Source: Solirubrobacteraceae bacterium (GTDB taxonomy: Bacteria > Actinomycetota > Thermoleophilia > Solirubrobacterales > Solirubrobacteraceae). From it: 64,000 nucleotides of DNA. Shown in pieces: positions 10,952 through 22,621 of the stretch (position 1 is its first letter; the number at the start of each line of letters is the position of its first letter). Position numbers and translations under genes: made by a program. Under the pieces are notes generated by a model. The model was not told where the DNA came from, did no database searches, and saw only the letters and a program-made list of their open reading frames with translations. The stretch lies in contig JBKJRO010000110.1 of the NCBI GenBank assembly GCA_046594555.1, positions 128 through 64,127 on the forward strand. The letters run 5' to 3'.

Positions 10952-12148
10952 CTATCGCAGCCGTGCCGTGAACGTCCCCGATCGGGGGGGCCCGCCGCCC
11001 GCGGGCACCACCGTGACGGTGAACGACCACGTGCCCGGGGCGCCGAGCGGTGCCGCCGCGACGGCGAAGCGGCCACGGCCCGCGCGGGTCGCCGCCTGCC
11101 GCAGCGGGCCGATGCCGAGCTTCGGCTGGCGCTCGCTCAGCAGCACGCGGGCGACGGGCGAGGCGCCCGCATCGCGCCGCACGACGACCGTGATGCGGTT
11201 GTCCCCGGGCGACGCGGGCGTGACGCGGGCGGTCAGCGCGAACGGGCCCGCGCGCAGGTCGCGCGTGACGGCGCGCCCGGCGTCCGATCGCGACGGGGTC
11301 GTGCTCGCCAGCACCCCGCTCGCCACGAGGACCAGGCCGAGCAGCGTCGCCTCGGACCGCAGGACGCTGCGCAGGAGCCGCGCGGCCCCCGCCGGGTCCC
11401 CGGTGCCGGCAGCGGCGTCGTGGAGTTCCGGCAGCGTGCGTCCCCGCTGGACGGCGCCCAGTGCCGCGAGCCCGCACAGCAGCAGCGCCTTGATCGCGAC
11501 CAGCCGCCCGTAGCCGGTCGTCACCAGCGCGTCCACGCGCCGGACGAGCACGAGTCCCTCGAGCAGGCCGGAGAACGCGATCGCCAGCACCGCCAGCAGC
11601 GCGATCGCCGAGAAGCGGCCGGCCAGGGTCGCCAGCAGCCGCGTGCGGTCGGCCGGCGGCGCCGGGACCGCGGACAGGACCAGCAGGCAGGCGATGCCCC
11701 CGATCCAGGCCGCGGCCGCCGAGACGTGGAGGACGTTCGCCGGGATGACGAGCCAGGCGTCGGCCACGCCGGCGTTGCCGAGGAGAGCCGGAACCACCAG
11801 GAGCGCCCCGGCGGCGGCGGCGAGCGTCAGCGCCCGCGGTGAGCGTCCGGCAAGCCCGCGCCCGTCGGCGGCCGCGGCGAGCACGAGCGCTGCTGCGACG
11901 AGCGCGGCACCCGTCGCCAGCAGCCAGCCGGCGTGCTCGCGGCCGCCGCCGGGCCCCGCCGCGAGCCCGGCCGCCGCGGCGACGGTCGTGACGAACGCGA
12001 CGACGAGCAGCAGCCGGCGCAGGGCGACGCCGCCGAGTTCGGGCGCGCCGTCATGCAGCGCGGGCGCGCGCACGCCGCGCAGGAAGATCACGACGCCCGC
12101 CTCGAGGACGATCGCCGCGATCAGGACGACGCGCGCCAGGTCGGCCAT
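10952..12148 (-). CDS. CopD-family (copper resistance D-like) integral membrane protein with C-terminal extracytoplasmic domain
   Basis: Multiple hydrophobic helices across about 290 aa, then a soluble tail ([19 protein letters not shown]...). The family call rests on overall resemblance only. Confidence 0.65.
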   Translation of the reverse strand: MADLARVVLIAAIVLEAGVVIFLRGVRAPALHDGAPELGGVALRRLLLVVAFVTTVAAAAGLAAGPGGGREHAGWLLATGAALVAAALVLAAAADGRGLAGRSPRALTLAAAAGALLVVPALLGNAGVADAWLVIPANVLHVSAAAAWIGGIACLLVLSAVPAPPADRTRLLATLAGRFSAIALLAVLAIAFSGLLEGLVLVRRVDALVTTGYGRLVAIKALLLCGLAALGAVQRGRTLPELHDAAAGTGDPAGAARLLRSVLRSEATLLGLVLVASGVLASTTPSRSDAGRAVTRDLRAGPFALTARVTPASPGDNRITVVVRRDAGASPVARVLLSERQPKLGIGPLRQAATRAGRGRFAVAAAPLGAPGTWSFTVTVVPAGGGPPRSGTFTARLR

Positions 12149-12163
12149 GGGCGAAGGGGCGTG

Positions 12164-12760
12164 TCAGCCGGCCGACGCGTCGATCGAGACGTCGCCGATG
12201 ATGAGCTTCGGGGTGAAGACCGAGACCTGGAGCGCCGCGTTCAGCGCGCGCGAGGCGCGCGGCGAGAGCAGCGCCACGACCCCGGTCGCGTTGAGCCTGC
12301 CGCCGGTCACCGACCCGCTGAGCGTCCGCTGGTCGAGGTCGAACAGCGGGAGCCGCCCACCACCGGCCGCAGCCGTCACCTGCCGCGCACGCGTGTCCAC
12401 GTGGAGGTCGCGCAGCACGACGCTCGCGGTGTCGGAGGCGAAGCGGACGCCGCCGTGATGATCGATCGTCCCGCCGAGCGACACGCCGTCGACCTGTCCG
12501 CTGGTGATCGGGAACGAGATCGCGGACGCCTTCAGCGTCGCCGGCGCGACCGCGGTGAGCGTGATGCCGTTGTCCTCCAGCAGGCCCGCCGTCTGCGGGT
12601 CGATCGCCAGGATGGCGGCGCCGCCGGTGAGCGTGACCGGCTCCGCCGCGGTCGGCAGGGTCGAGGGTCCGCCCTTGCCGCTCACGCCGCCGCACGCGCC
12701 GAGCGTGAGCGCCGCACAGGCGAGGACGAGCGGCAGGAGTCGTGCGACGGGCCGGGGCAT
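12164..12760 (-). CDS. Hypothetical lipoprotein
   Basis: Signal plus lipobox LTLGACGG, beta-rich Gly/Thr/Ala sequence and good codon bias. Sits immediately upstream of the CopD-like gene. Confidence 0.7.
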   Translation of the reverse strand: MPRPVARLLPLVLACAALTLGACGGVSGKGGPSTLPTAAEPVTLTGGAAILAIDPQTAGLLEDNGITLTAVAPATLKASAISFPITSGQVDGVSLGGTIDHHGGVRFASDTASVVLRDLHVDTRARQVTAAAGGGRLPLFDLDQRTLSGSVTGGRLNATGVVALLSPRASRALNAALQVSVFTPKLIIGDVSIDASAG

Positions 12761-12818
12761 GGGCCGGGACGGTATCCGAGGCGGGCCGAATGTGCGACCG
12801 GGCGGCCGCGCCGGGCGG

Positions 12819-13259
12819 CTACTTGACGATCGTGAAGGGCGCGAAGCCCGACCGCGCGCCGCTGGCGACCGGCGCCAGGACGATGCGGTAGCGCCCCGGG
12901 GCGAGCGGCGCGAGCTTCTTCGTGCCGATGCGACCGGAGATCCGCAGGTCGTTGGCGCCGGGAATGCCGATGAAGCTGAACGACCCAGGCACGGCCTTGT
13001 ACCCGGACGCCGTCGCCCTGCGGTAGGAGACCTTGAGCGTCGCGTGATCGGACAGGGTGAACGTCACCCGTGCGCCGCCCCTCGCCGTGACCTGACTGCC
13101 CTTGGCGAGCGCCTTGAACGACGTCGGCTTGATCTTGACCTTCGTCAGGACCGGAGGCGTGTCGCCGAAGGCGCCGAGCGACGGGGCCGCGACGATGATC
13201 GCAGCGAGCAGTGCAACGGCCAGCGCGGCGAGGATGGTGCGGAGGCGGACCGGCGTCAT
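12819..13259 (-). CDS. Small secreted hypothetical protein
   Basis: 146 aa counted from MTPVRLRTILAALAVALLAAIIVAAPSLGA (signal peptide). The rest of ORF 12819..14060 is an out-of-frame shadow of murB. Confidence 0.65.
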   Translation of the reverse strand: MTPVRLRTILAALAVALLAAIIVAAPSLGAFGDTPPVLTKVKIKPTSFKALAKGSQVTARGGARVTFTLSDHATLKVSYRRATASGYKAVPGSFSFIGIPGANDLRISGRIGTKKLAPLAPGRYRIVLAPVASGARSGFAPFTIVK

Positions 13260-13321
13260 GTTCCCCACGGTAGGGGATCGCGCTGTCCGGACGCGCCGGT
13301 GCCGGTGCGGGCGCAGACCCG

Positions 13322-14434
13322 CTACGCCGCCCAGGCGCAGCCGACCAGCACCGGCTCGGGGCGCAGCGCGACGCCGAAGTCGCGCTCGACCGCCGCGGCG
13401 ATCTCGCGGGCCAGATCGAGCAGCTCGCGGGTCGTCGCGCCGCCGCGGTTCGTCAGCGCGAGCGCGTGCCTGGCCGAGATGCCGACGGCTCCGCGCCGGT
13501 CGCCCTTCGCGAACCCCGCGTGCTCGATGAGCCAGGCCGCCGAGGTCTTGACGCCGCCCGCAGGGTCCGCGAACGCCGGCGCGCGAGCGTCCTCCCCCAG
13601 GCGCTCGGCGACGCGCCGCTGGAGGTCGGCCGCGGCTGCGTCGTCGAGCACCGGGTTGGTGAAGAACGAGCCCGCGCTCCACGTGTCGTGGTCGGCGGCG
13701 TCGAGCACCATCCCCTTGCCGCGGCGCAGCTCGAGCACCGCCTCGCGGGTGGCGGTGAGTGGCGCGCGCGCGCCCGGCTCGACGCCGAGCGCCTGCGCCA
13801 GCTCGGCGTAGCGCAGCGGCTCGCTGAGGACCGAGTCCGCGAGCACGAACGTCACGGCGAGGACGACGTGGTCGGCCGCGTGCCTGAAGACGCTCGTGCG
13901 GTACCCGAACCCGCACTGGTCGGGCGCGAGGTCGCGGACCTCGCCGTCGCGGCGGTCGAGCACGCGGACCGAGACGATCGTGGACGCCACCTCCTGGCCA
14001 TAGGCCCCGACGTTCTGGATCGGCGTCGCGCCCGCCGATCCGGGGATCCCCGACAGGCACTCGACGCCCGACAGTCCGTCCTCGACGATCAGCGCGACGA
14101 GGTCGTCCCAGGACTCGCCGGCCTGGGCGGTCACCAACGCGCGCTCGCCGGCGCGGCGCCGGCGCAGCCCGCGCGTGCGGACGAGCACGACCGTCCCGTC
14201 GAAGCCGTCATCGGCGACGACGACGTTGCTCCCGCCGGCGAGCACCAGCACCGGCTCGCCCGCCGCGTCGCACTCGCGCACGGCAGCGACCAGCTCGTCC
14301 TGCGTCGCCGCCTCGACCAGCTGCCGCGCGGGGCCGCCGAGCCTCAGGGTCGTCAGCGGCGCCAGGGGAACGCCTGTGGCCTGTTCGTGCACGGGCCGAA
14401 GGGTATGCGGCGCTGGGGCGTTGCTCGCTCGCAT
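13322..14434 (-). CDS. murB: UDP-N-acetylenolpyruvoylglucosamine reductase
   Basis: LAPLTTLRLGGPA, VLAGGSNVVVADDGFDGTVV (FAD domain), IPGSAGATPIQNVGAYGQE and SAGSFFTNP. The start at ATG 14434 is tentative. Confidence 0.9.
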   Translation of the reverse strand: MRASNAPAPHTLRPVHEQATGVPLAPLTTLRLGGPARQLVEAATQDELVAAVRECDAAGEPVLVLAGGSNVVVADDGFDGTVVLVRTRGLRRRRAGERALVTAQAGESWDDLVALIVEDGLSGVECLSGIPGSAGATPIQNVGAYGQEVASTIVSVRVLDRRDGEVRDLAPDQCGFGYRTSVFRHAADHVVLAVTFVLADSVLSEPLRYAELAQALGVEPGARAPLTATREAVLELRRGKGMVLDAADHDTWSAGSFFTNPVLDDAAAADLQRRVAERLGEDARAPAFADPAGGVKTSAAWLIEHAGFAKGDRRGAVGISARHALALTNRGGATTRELLDLAREIAAAVERDFGVALRPEPVLVGCAWAA

Positions 14435-14579
14435 CCGTGGGGCCGGGGCGGGGACGACGCCGCCGGGCGGCGCTGGACCCGCCCTCCCCGCGGGTCCGCG
14501 GATTCCCGCCCCGCGGCGCATCCCCGCCCCGTCCCAACCCGCAGGAGACCCGCGCCGATCCATCCGGCTCAGCTACGAA

Positions 14580-14595
14580 CGGCAGGCGCCTGCCG
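14580..14595. terminator. 16-bp perfect GC-rich palindrome CGGCAGGCGCCTGCCG downstream of the sulfatase gene
   Basis: Seen directly in the sequence, 75 nt after the sulfatase stop on the minus strand and upstream of murB. No U-tract, so it could equally be an operator. Confidence 0.3.
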
Positions 14596-14669
14596 GCGGC
14601 GCGAACAGCAGGCAACCGAAGGAGATCGTCAGCCGCACGTCCGGCACGCCGGGCGCGACGTGTGTGGCG

Positions 14670-16337
14670 CTACGGCAGCTCGTACTCGGCCACCCGGCAC
14701 GCCTCCGCGAGCCGTTCGCGCAGGCCGGGCAGCTCCCGCCGGGCCGCGTCGGTGCGCCCGCGGCCGGTGGCCACCTCGGCGAGGTTGTGCGCCTCGCCGG
14801 GGTCCGATCGCAGGTCGTAGAGCTCGTGCTGCGGCGTCGCCGTGCCTGCCGGGTCGAGGTACATCGCGTACTTCCAGTCGCCGTCGCTGACGCAGCGGAT
14901 GCGGTTGGGCTGCGGCGCGACCTCCTGCAACGCGGTCCCGGCCTGGTGGTCGTCGTAGGTGAAGAGGACGTCGGCCCGGGCTGTCTGTGCCGGGGCGACC
15001 GCGAGCGCGGGGCCGAACGCGACGGGGCTCGCCGCGAGCGCCGCGGCCTCCGGCGCCGCGTGGCGTGCCAGGACGGGACCGAGGTCGACGCCGTGGAACG
15101 TGCGGCCACGCGCCCGAGCGCCGCCCAGCCCGGCGAGCGTCGGCACCAGGTCGACGAGCGAGGCGAGCGCCGTCGTCCGCGCCGGCCGCGGGAACAGCAC
15201 GGGGTTGGAGATGACGAGCGGAACCCGGATCGTCTCCTCGTAGGCGTTGAACATCTTCTGGCGCAGCCCGCCGTGCGACAGCCCCATCTCGCCGTGGTCG
15301 GAGAACCGCGCGATCACCGTCCGCGAGCGCAGCGAGCCGGGGTCGCCGGGGTCGCCGAGCGCGGCGAGCACGCGCCCGATCTTCTCGTCGATGACCCGGT
15401 GCAGGTGCGCGTAGAAGCGCACGTAGCCGAGCTGGGCCTCGCGGCCCCGCAGCGCGCCGAGGTAGGCGTTCTGGCCGAGCCGCATCAGCGCGTGGGCGGT
15501 CGGCTTGTCGCGCAGGTCCTCCTCGGCGGTCGCCGGCAGCCGGATGTCGAGGTCGGCGAAGTCGGCACGGTCGTAGCCCCCGGCGACGTCGCATGCGGGA
15601 TAGCCCAGGACGTCGTGCGGGTTGACGAGCGACACGACGAGGCAGAACGGCTCCGGCAGGTCGGCGCGGGCCAGCCACGCTTCGGTCTGGCGCGTGAAGT
15701 CCTCGTCCCAGCCCTGCCCGGTCAGCCCGGCGTCGCCGCCGCCGAAGTGCTCGGCCAGCGCGTTCTCGCCGGCGTCCGGCGGCTCCCAGTCGTCGAAGCC
15801 GAGCTCGTCGGCGAGGTGCCGCGTGTCGGCGGCGGTCCAGCCGGCCGGGTCGCGCGGATGGGTCAGGTGCCACTTGCCCTTGTAGGCGACGGTGTAGCCC
15901 TGCTCGCGCAGCAGCGTGGCGATCGTCGGCGTGTCCCGGCGCAGCACCGCCTCGTGACCGCTGCGCGGTCCCGCCCGCAGGAGCCCGCGCAGGAACGCGC
16001 GGCCGAGGACGTCACGCGGGGCCTCGCCGCTGCGGGCGATGCCGGCCGCGGTGCGCAGCACGCCGGGGACGTTGCGCGGGTCCGGCCACAGCGCCTCGCC
16101 GGTCAGCGTCAGCGTCACGCCGTGGCGCGAGGGATAGGTCCCGCTGAGGAAGGTCGCGCGACTCGGCGAGCACATGCACGTCGCCGTATGGGCGCGCTCG
16201 AAGGTCAGGCCCGTGCGCCGCAGTTCGGCGTCGTTCGGGGCCAGCGCGTCGAGCCAGCCGGGCTCGTCGGGCCAGTGCATGGGCGCGCGCTGCTGGTCGG
16301 TGACGAGCAGCAGAAGGTTCGGCGGGCGCTCGGGCAC
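14670..16337 (-). CDS. Sulfatase (formylglycine-dependent arylsulfatase family)
   Basis: NLLLLVTDQQR near the N-terminus and the C-x-P-x-R motif in CSPSRATFLSGTYPSRHG. Size is 555 aa. Confidence 0.9.
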   Translation of the reverse strand: MPERPPNLLLLVTDQQRAPMHWPDEPGWLDALAPNDAELRRTGLTFERAHTATCMCSPSRATFLSGTYPSRHGVTLTLTGEALWPDPRNVPGVLRTAAGIARSGEAPRDVLGRAFLRGLLRAGPRSGHEAVLRRDTPTIATLLREQGYTVAYKGKWHLTHPRDPAGWTAADTRHLADELGFDDWEPPDAGENALAEHFGGGDAGLTGQGWDEDFTRQTEAWLARADLPEPFCLVVSLVNPHDVLGYPACDVAGGYDRADFADLDIRLPATAEEDLRDKPTAHALMRLGQNAYLGALRGREAQLGYVRFYAHLHRVIDEKIGRVLAALGDPGDPGSLRSRTVIARFSDHGEMGLSHGGLRQKMFNAYEETIRVPLVISNPVLFPRPARTTALASLVDLVPTLAGLGGARARGRTFHGVDLGPVLARHAAPEAAALAASPVAFGPALAVAPAQTARADVLFTYDDHQAGTALQEVAPQPNRIRCVSDGDWKYAMYLDPAGTATPQHELYDLRSDPGEAHNLAEVATGRGRTDAARRELPGLRERLAEACRVAEYELP

Positions 16338-16342
16338 CGGCG

Positions 16343-17302
16343 TCAGAGCGGCAGGCCGGACAGTTCGCAGCAGGCGCGCCAGAGCTCGTCGCGCTCCTGC
16401 GGCGTCTCGCGCGTACGGCTCATGTAGTGCGTCGGGCGCACGCGCCGGTCGTGCCAGAACTGGCCCGTGCTCGCCGCGGGCTCGTCGGCGGCCCCGAGCC
16501 AGACGATCGTGTCGGCGCCCTCCTGCGGGGTGCGCAGCACGGGGCGCGTCACGCGATGGAACCGCGGGATCGACGTCTGCACGCCCGGCGTGTCGGCCCA
16601 GCCGGGATGCATGGCATGCACGACCACGCCGGTCCCGTCGAGCCGTGCCGCGAACTCCTCCGCGAGGATCACCTCGGCCCGCTTCGTCCGCGCGTAGACG
16701 ACGGTGCCGTCCCAGTCCCCGGCCTGCGCGAGGTGCGCGGCCTGCAGGTCGGACGTCGCGACGCGCTCGGAGTACATCCCGCCCGAGGCGACCCAGATCA
16801 CGCGACTCGGCGCACTCGCGCGCAACACCGGCTCGAGCAGCCGCGAGAGGACGAACGGGCCGAGCACGTTCGTCGCGAAGGTCAGCTCGATCCCGTCGGC
16901 GGTCAGGCGCCGCTCGGGCAGCAGCACGCCGGCGTTGTGGACGAGCACGTGGACGTGCTCCAGCCGGGCCGCGAGCGTGCGCACCGCGGCGAGGCTCGAC
17001 ATGTCCGCCAGCTCGACGGCGACGGTCCCGCCCGTGGCCGCGGCGGCGACCTGGGCACGGGCCGATTCGGCACGGCCCGCGTCCCGGCCGACGAGCGTGA
17101 CGTCAGCGCCGAGCGCCGCGAACCCGGACGCCGCGGCGAGTCCCAGCCCCGCCGTCGCACCCGTGACGACGACGTGGCGGCCGCCCATGCGCGGCAGCTC
17201 GTCCTGCCAGCCGGGCAGGCGCCGCCGGACCCGCACGCCGATGGCGGAGTACCCGGGGGCGACCGTGCGGTCGAGCAGGGTGTCGATCACGCGGCCGATC
17301 AC
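16343..17302 (-). CDS. Short-chain dehydrogenase/reductase (SDR)
   Basis: VVVTGATAGLGLA (TGxxxGxG), NAG motif (HNAGV) and YARTK (YxxxK). The stop is 6 nt before the sulfatase start. Confidence 0.9.
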   Translation of the reverse strand: MIGRVIDTLLDRTVAPGYSAIGVRVRRRLPGWQDELPRMGGRHVVVTGATAGLGLAAASGFAALGADVTLVGRDAGRAESARAQVAAAATGGTVAVELADMSSLAAVRTLAARLEHVHVLVHNAGVLLPERRLTADGIELTFATNVLGPFVLSRLLEPVLRASAPSRVIWVASGGMYSERVATSDLQAAHLAQAGDWDGTVVYARTKRAEVILAEEFAARLDGTGVVVHAMHPGWADTPGVQTSIPRFHRVTRPVLRTPQEGADTIVWLGAADEPAASTGQFWHDRRVRPTHYMSRTRETPQERDELWRACCELSGLPL

Positions 17303-17391
17303 GACGGCTCACCCTAGAGGGTGGCGAGCGGCGCCCCGCCAGGGGCCCCACCCGGCGCGGGCGGTCGGCACGGGCGCCTACCCTGTCGCGC

Positions 17392-19023
17392 ATGCCACGG
17401 ATGCGCATGCTCGCCCCCACCCTGCCCCTGCTCCTCACGCTCGCCGCGCTCGCGGCGGCGCCGGCGAGCGCCGCCACGGCGCCATTCCCGAAGGGCTTCA
17501 CGTGGGGCGTCGCGATGGCCGGGTTCCAGTCCGACATGGCGCTGGGGTCGAGCCTCGACAAGCGCTCGGACTGGTGGTCCTGGACGCACGACGCGGGCAA
17601 CATCGACGCCAGGCGGGTGACGACGGACGACCCGGGCAACGGCCCCGGCTTCTGGCAGCTCTACGGCTACGACACGCGCCTGGCGCGCCGCCGGCTCGGC
17701 GTCGGCGCCTTCCGCCTGTCGCTCGAGTGGAGCCGGATCTTCCCGCGGTCCACGGCCTCGGTGAAGACCGGGACGACCGTCACCGCGCGGGACCTGCAGC
17801 GCCTGGACCGCCTCGCCGACCCGGCCGCGGTGAGCCGGTACCGCGCGATCCTCACGTCGATCCGCCGCAACCACATGCGGCCGCTCGTCACCGTCAACCA
17901 CTTCACCCTGCCGCTGTGGATCCACGACCCCGTGCACGTGCGCGACGCCTTCTTCGGGCGCACGGCCGACGCGCCCGTGCCACAGGTGCGGCGCGGCGGG
18001 TGGCTCGACGCCTCGACGATCGACGAGTTCCGCAAGTACTCCGCGTACGTCGCCTGGAAGTTCGGCGGGCTGGTCGACGACTGGGTGCCGATCAACGAGC
18101 CGATGGTGGTCGTCGTCAACGGCTACGCGAACGTCCCGGGCGTGACGGCCGGGAACTTCCCGCCCGGGGTGCTGTCGTTCCCCGCCGCCCTGCGCGCGAC
18201 GACGAACCTGGCACTCGGCAACGCCGCAGGCTATGACGCCATCCGGCGCTGGGACCGCGGCGACGCCAACCGCGACGGTCGGCGCGCCCGGGTCGGCGTC
18301 GTGCAGAACATGGTCGACTTCACGCCCGGGAACACCTCCCAGGACCAGGTCGATGCGGCACACCACGCCGACGAGCTGTTCAACCGGCTGTTCCTCGATG
18401 CTGCGGTCAAGGGCGACTACGACGCCGACGCCGACGGCACGATCTCCGCGGCCGAGCACCACCCGAAGCTGGCGGCCAAGGCCGACTTCGTCGGCGTCAA
18501 CTACTACTTCCGCGGGCGCGTGATGGCGCTCGCGGCGCCGCTGACGCCGACGATCCCGATCCTCGACTTCATCCCGACCACGACCTACCGCTGGGCCCAG
18601 AACCGGTCCGCCCCGGCCTGCCCGACATTCTGCTCGGACTTCGGGTCGGAGATCGACCCGCGCGGATTCCGGACCGTGCTGGCGACCGCGGGCTCGTACC
18701 GGCTGCCCGTGATCGTGACCGAGAACGGGATCGCCGACGCAACGGACGCGCAGCGGCCGAAGTTCCTGCACGACCACCTCGCCGTCCTGCAGCAGGCGAT
18801 CGCCGACCGCGTCGCCGACGTGCGGGGCTACTACGCCTGGTCGCTGACCGACAACTTCGAGTGGGCCGCGGGCTACGCGCCGAAGTTCGGCTTCTACGCG
18901 GTCGATCGCGGGACGCTGCGGCGCCAGCCGCGCACGGCCGCCATCAAGGTCTTCCGCGAGGCGACGCGCACGAACGCCGTGCCGTCCCTCCCGCCCGCGA
19001 CCGCGCCCCGGGCCGCCCGGTGA
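17392..19023 (+). CDS. Glycoside hydrolase family 1 (beta-glucosidase/galactosidase-like) with N-terminal signal peptide
   Basis: FPKGFTWGVAMAGFQ, acid/base context INEPMVVV, nucleophile context VTENGIAD and YYAWSLTDNFEWAAGY. N-terminus MPRMRMLAPTLPLLLTLAALAAAPASA. Confidence 0.9.
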   Translation: MPRMRMLAPTLPLLLTLAALAAAPASAATAPFPKGFTWGVAMAGFQSDMALGSSLDKRSDWWSWTHDAGNIDARRVTTDDPGNGPGFWQLYGYDTRLARRRLGVGAFRLSLEWSRIFPRSTASVKTGTTVTARDLQRLDRLADPAAVSRYRAILTSIRRNHMRPLVTVNHFTLPLWIHDPVHVRDAFFGRTADAPVPQVRRGGWLDASTIDEFRKYSAYVAWKFGGLVDDWVPINEPMVVVVNGYANVPGVTAGNFPPGVLSFPAALRATTNLALGNAAGYDAIRRWDRGDANRDGRRARVGVVQNMVDFTPGNTSQDQVDAAHHADELFNRLFLDAAVKGDYDADADGTISAAEHHPKLAAKADFVGVNYYFRGRVMALAAPLTPTIPILDFIPTTTYRWAQNRSAPACPTFCSDFGSEIDPRGFRTVLATAGSYRLPVIVTENGIADATDAQRPKFLHDHLAVLQQAIADRVADVRGYYAWSLTDNFEWAAGYAPKFGFYAVDRGTLRRQPRTAAIKVFREATRTNAVPSLPPATAPRAAR

Positions 19024-19574
19024 GCGACGAGCTCGCCGCCGCGCTGCACCGCCTCGACGCCGGCGCCTACGCAGCGGTCGCGGCGACGCACACGCCCGCG
19101 CTCGACGCGCCCCTGGCGGCCGTCTCGCGCGCTGCCGACCTGTCGAAGATCTGGCTCGCGGGCGCCGGCGTCCTGGCGCTCGCCGGCGGGCCGCGCGGTC
19201 CGCGCGCCGCGGCGAGCGGCCTGGCCGCGATCGGCGTGACGTCGACGATCGTGAACCTCGTCCTGAAGCCGCTCGGGCGCCGCCGGCGGCCGGATCGCGT
19301 CGCCCACGACGTGCTCGAGGCCCGCCACGTGCCGATGCCCGAGTCGACCTCGTTCCCCTCGGGCCACAGCGCGTCGGCGTTTGCGTTCGCCGCGGGCGTG
19401 GCCCACGTCGCGCCGGGCGCGGGGCGCGCCGCCCGGGTCGCAGCCGCGATCGTCGCCTACTCTCGGATCCACACCGGCGTGCACTACCCCGGGGACGTCC
19501 TCGCCGGGTCGCTCACGGGCGTCGTCCTGGGCAAGGCCACGGCGGTGGCGCTGGAGCGGCGTCTGGGAGACTGA
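19020..19574 (+). CDS. PAP2 superfamily phosphatase (membrane)
   Basis: The GTG at 19020 overlaps the GH1 stop (GTGA). Acid phosphatase motifs KPLGRRRRP, PSGHSA and SRIHTGVHYPGDV. Confidence 0.85.
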   Translation: MSDELAAALHRLDAGAYAAVAATHTPALDAPLAAVSRAADLSKIWLAGAGVLALAGGPRGPRAAASGLAAIGVTSTIVNLVLKPLGRRRRPDRVAHDVLEARHVPMPESTSFPSGHSASAFAFAAGVAHVAPGAGRAARVAAAIVAYSRIHTGVHYPGDVLAGSLTGVVLGKATAVALERRLGD

Positions 19575-19578
19575 GGCC

Positions 19579-20196
19579 ATGAGCCTCATCGACATCAGCG
19601 TCCCGATCCGCGCCCGGATGCCGATCTGGGACCGCAACCCGGGCGTCCACACGGAGCTGGTGCAGTCGATCTCGGGCGGCGACCACGCGAACGTCACGCG
19701 GATCGACTTCGGCGCCCACACGGGCACCCACGTCGACGCGCCGCTGCACTTCCTCGCGGACGGCGCCGGCGCCGAGACGATCGACCCCGAGGTGCTGATC
19801 GGCGAGGCATGGGTGGTCGACGCGACGGCGGCGACGACGGTGCTCGACGCCGCGGCGATCGCCGCGGCCGGCCTTCCCGCGGGCGCCGAGCGCATCCTGC
19901 TCAAGACGCGCAACTCCGAGCTGTGGGCCCAGGACGAGTTCACCCGCGACCACGTCCGGCTCGACGGCTCCGGCGCGCAGGCCGTGCTCGACGCCGGGCC
20001 GCGGCTGATCGGCATCGACTACCTGTCGATCGGCGACGGCGACGCCCACCGCCTGCTCCTGACGAACGGCGTCGTCCCACTCGAGGGCCTGGACCTGCGC
20101 GGCGTCGAGCCCGGCCGCTACACGCTGTACTGCACCGCCCTGCGCGTCGTCGGCTCCGACGGCGCTCCTGCTCGGGCCCTGCTGGGTCCTGCGTAG
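19579..20196 (+). CDS. Cyclase family protein (kynurenine formamidase-like)
   Basis: MSLIDISVPI ... DFGAHTGTHVDAPLHF metal-binding motif. About 205 aa. Confidence 0.85.
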   Translation: MSLIDISVPIRARMPIWDRNPGVHTELVQSISGGDHANVTRIDFGAHTGTHVDAPLHFLADGAGAETIDPEVLIGEAWVVDATAATTVLDAAAIAAAGLPAGAERILLKTRNSELWAQDEFTRDHVRLDGSGAQAVLDAGPRLIGIDYLSIGDGDAHRLLLTNGVVPLEGLDLRGVEPGRYTLYCTALRVVGSDGAPARALLGPA

Positions 20197-20360
20197 GTCC
20201 CTGGTTGCGGTGCACGCCAGTCGCTGAGGGCGGCGCCGGTCGGTCGCCACAGCAGGCCCACGCGGTGCGCATGCCCGACGCGGCAGAAGGACTCACCGAT
20301 CGTCTGCGGCGGGCGCCCCGCGATCAGGCGCTGCGCGGCGTGTGCGGCGCGGCGGACGTC

Positions 20361-20389
20361 CGTGCAACCGGCGGGAGGCCGGTTGCACG
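20361..20389. terminator. Strong hairpin between convergent genes (12-bp perfect stem, 5-nt loop)
   Basis: CGTGCAACCGGC-GGGAG-GCCGGTTGCACG seen directly. It lies between the cyclase stop (20196) and the lipoprotein stop (20461). Confidence 0.45.
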
Positions 20390-20460
20390 CCGCCGGGGCG
20401 CACGCGACGCGCAGCGCCAGCCACCGGCGCCGGAACACGCCGAAGCCGGCGACCGAAAAC

Positions 20461-20934
20461 TCAGGTGCCGCAGTTGGGCATGCCCAGCGCATTGGCGCGC
20501 TGCTGCCCCTCGACCGTCGCGGCGTTGAGCACCCGCGCGTCCCGCGAGGCCTCGCGGACGGTGATCGTCTTGCCGGCACCGGCCTGGATCTGGCTGAGGA
20601 GCGTGACCTGCTGGTTCAGCAGCTGCAGGACGCGGTTCCAGGCGGGCTTGACGCTCTCCGGCGCCGCGAGGCCGCGGAGCGCCACGAGCTGTGCGCGCTG
20701 GGCGGGCACGAGCGTCTCGGCCGCCGCGGGGATCTCCGACAGGATCTTGGGCTGCGTCTCGTCCGTGACCTTGTTGGTCGCGACGCAGATGGTGTCGGCC
20801 TTCACGCTGAACGTGCGGCGCTCGACCTCGGCCTTCGACGGCTTGTACGTGTCACCGCCGCCGCAGGCGGACAGCAGCGGCACCGTTGCGAGCACGGCAC
20901 AGAGCACGAACTTGGCGAACCGCGACACGACCAC
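20461..20934 (-). CDS. Hypothetical lipoprotein
   Basis: GTG starts at 20934 and 20928 preceded by AGGAGG. Lipobox LLSACGGG and a helical soluble part. The upstream part of ORF 20461..22389 is a shadow of the ligase gene. Confidence 0.65.
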   Translation of the reverse strand: MVVSRFAKFVLCAVLATVPLLSACGGGDTYKPSKAEVERRTFSVKADTICVATNKVTDETQPKILSEIPAAAETLVPAQRAQLVALRGLAAPESVKPAWNRVLQLLNQQVTLLSQIQAGAGKTITVREASRDARVLNAATVEGQQRANALGMPNCGT

Positions 20935-20996
20935 AGGACCTCCTGGATGGGCGGGCGTCCCTCCGACGCCCCTGAACCGGGGTGAGACGGTAGCGA

Positions 20997-22598
<1,602 letters not shown>

Positions 22599-22621
22599 CC
22601 GCGGAACCCTACGGCGCGCGA

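Noticed and set aside
8434-11076. 880-aa ORF that looks like a large fusion protein ending in Zwf.
   Set aside because: Only the last 488 codons match Zwf. The upstream part is an Arg/Pro/Gly-rich out-of-frame read-through of the gnd-like gene. The internal ATG at 9900 gives the ATGA junction.
17310-17323. Short palindrome CACCCT-AG-AGGGTG in the SDR / GH1 divergent region, considered as an operator.
   Set aside because: It has only 6-bp arms, no adjacent regulator gene and no second copy. That is too weak to call.
20197-20460. 264-bp convergent spacer screened for a small gene or tRNA.
   Set aside because: No frame gives a protein-like product and no cloverleaf-like structure is seen. Only the hairpin at 20361..20389 is notable, and it is reported as a terminator candidate.
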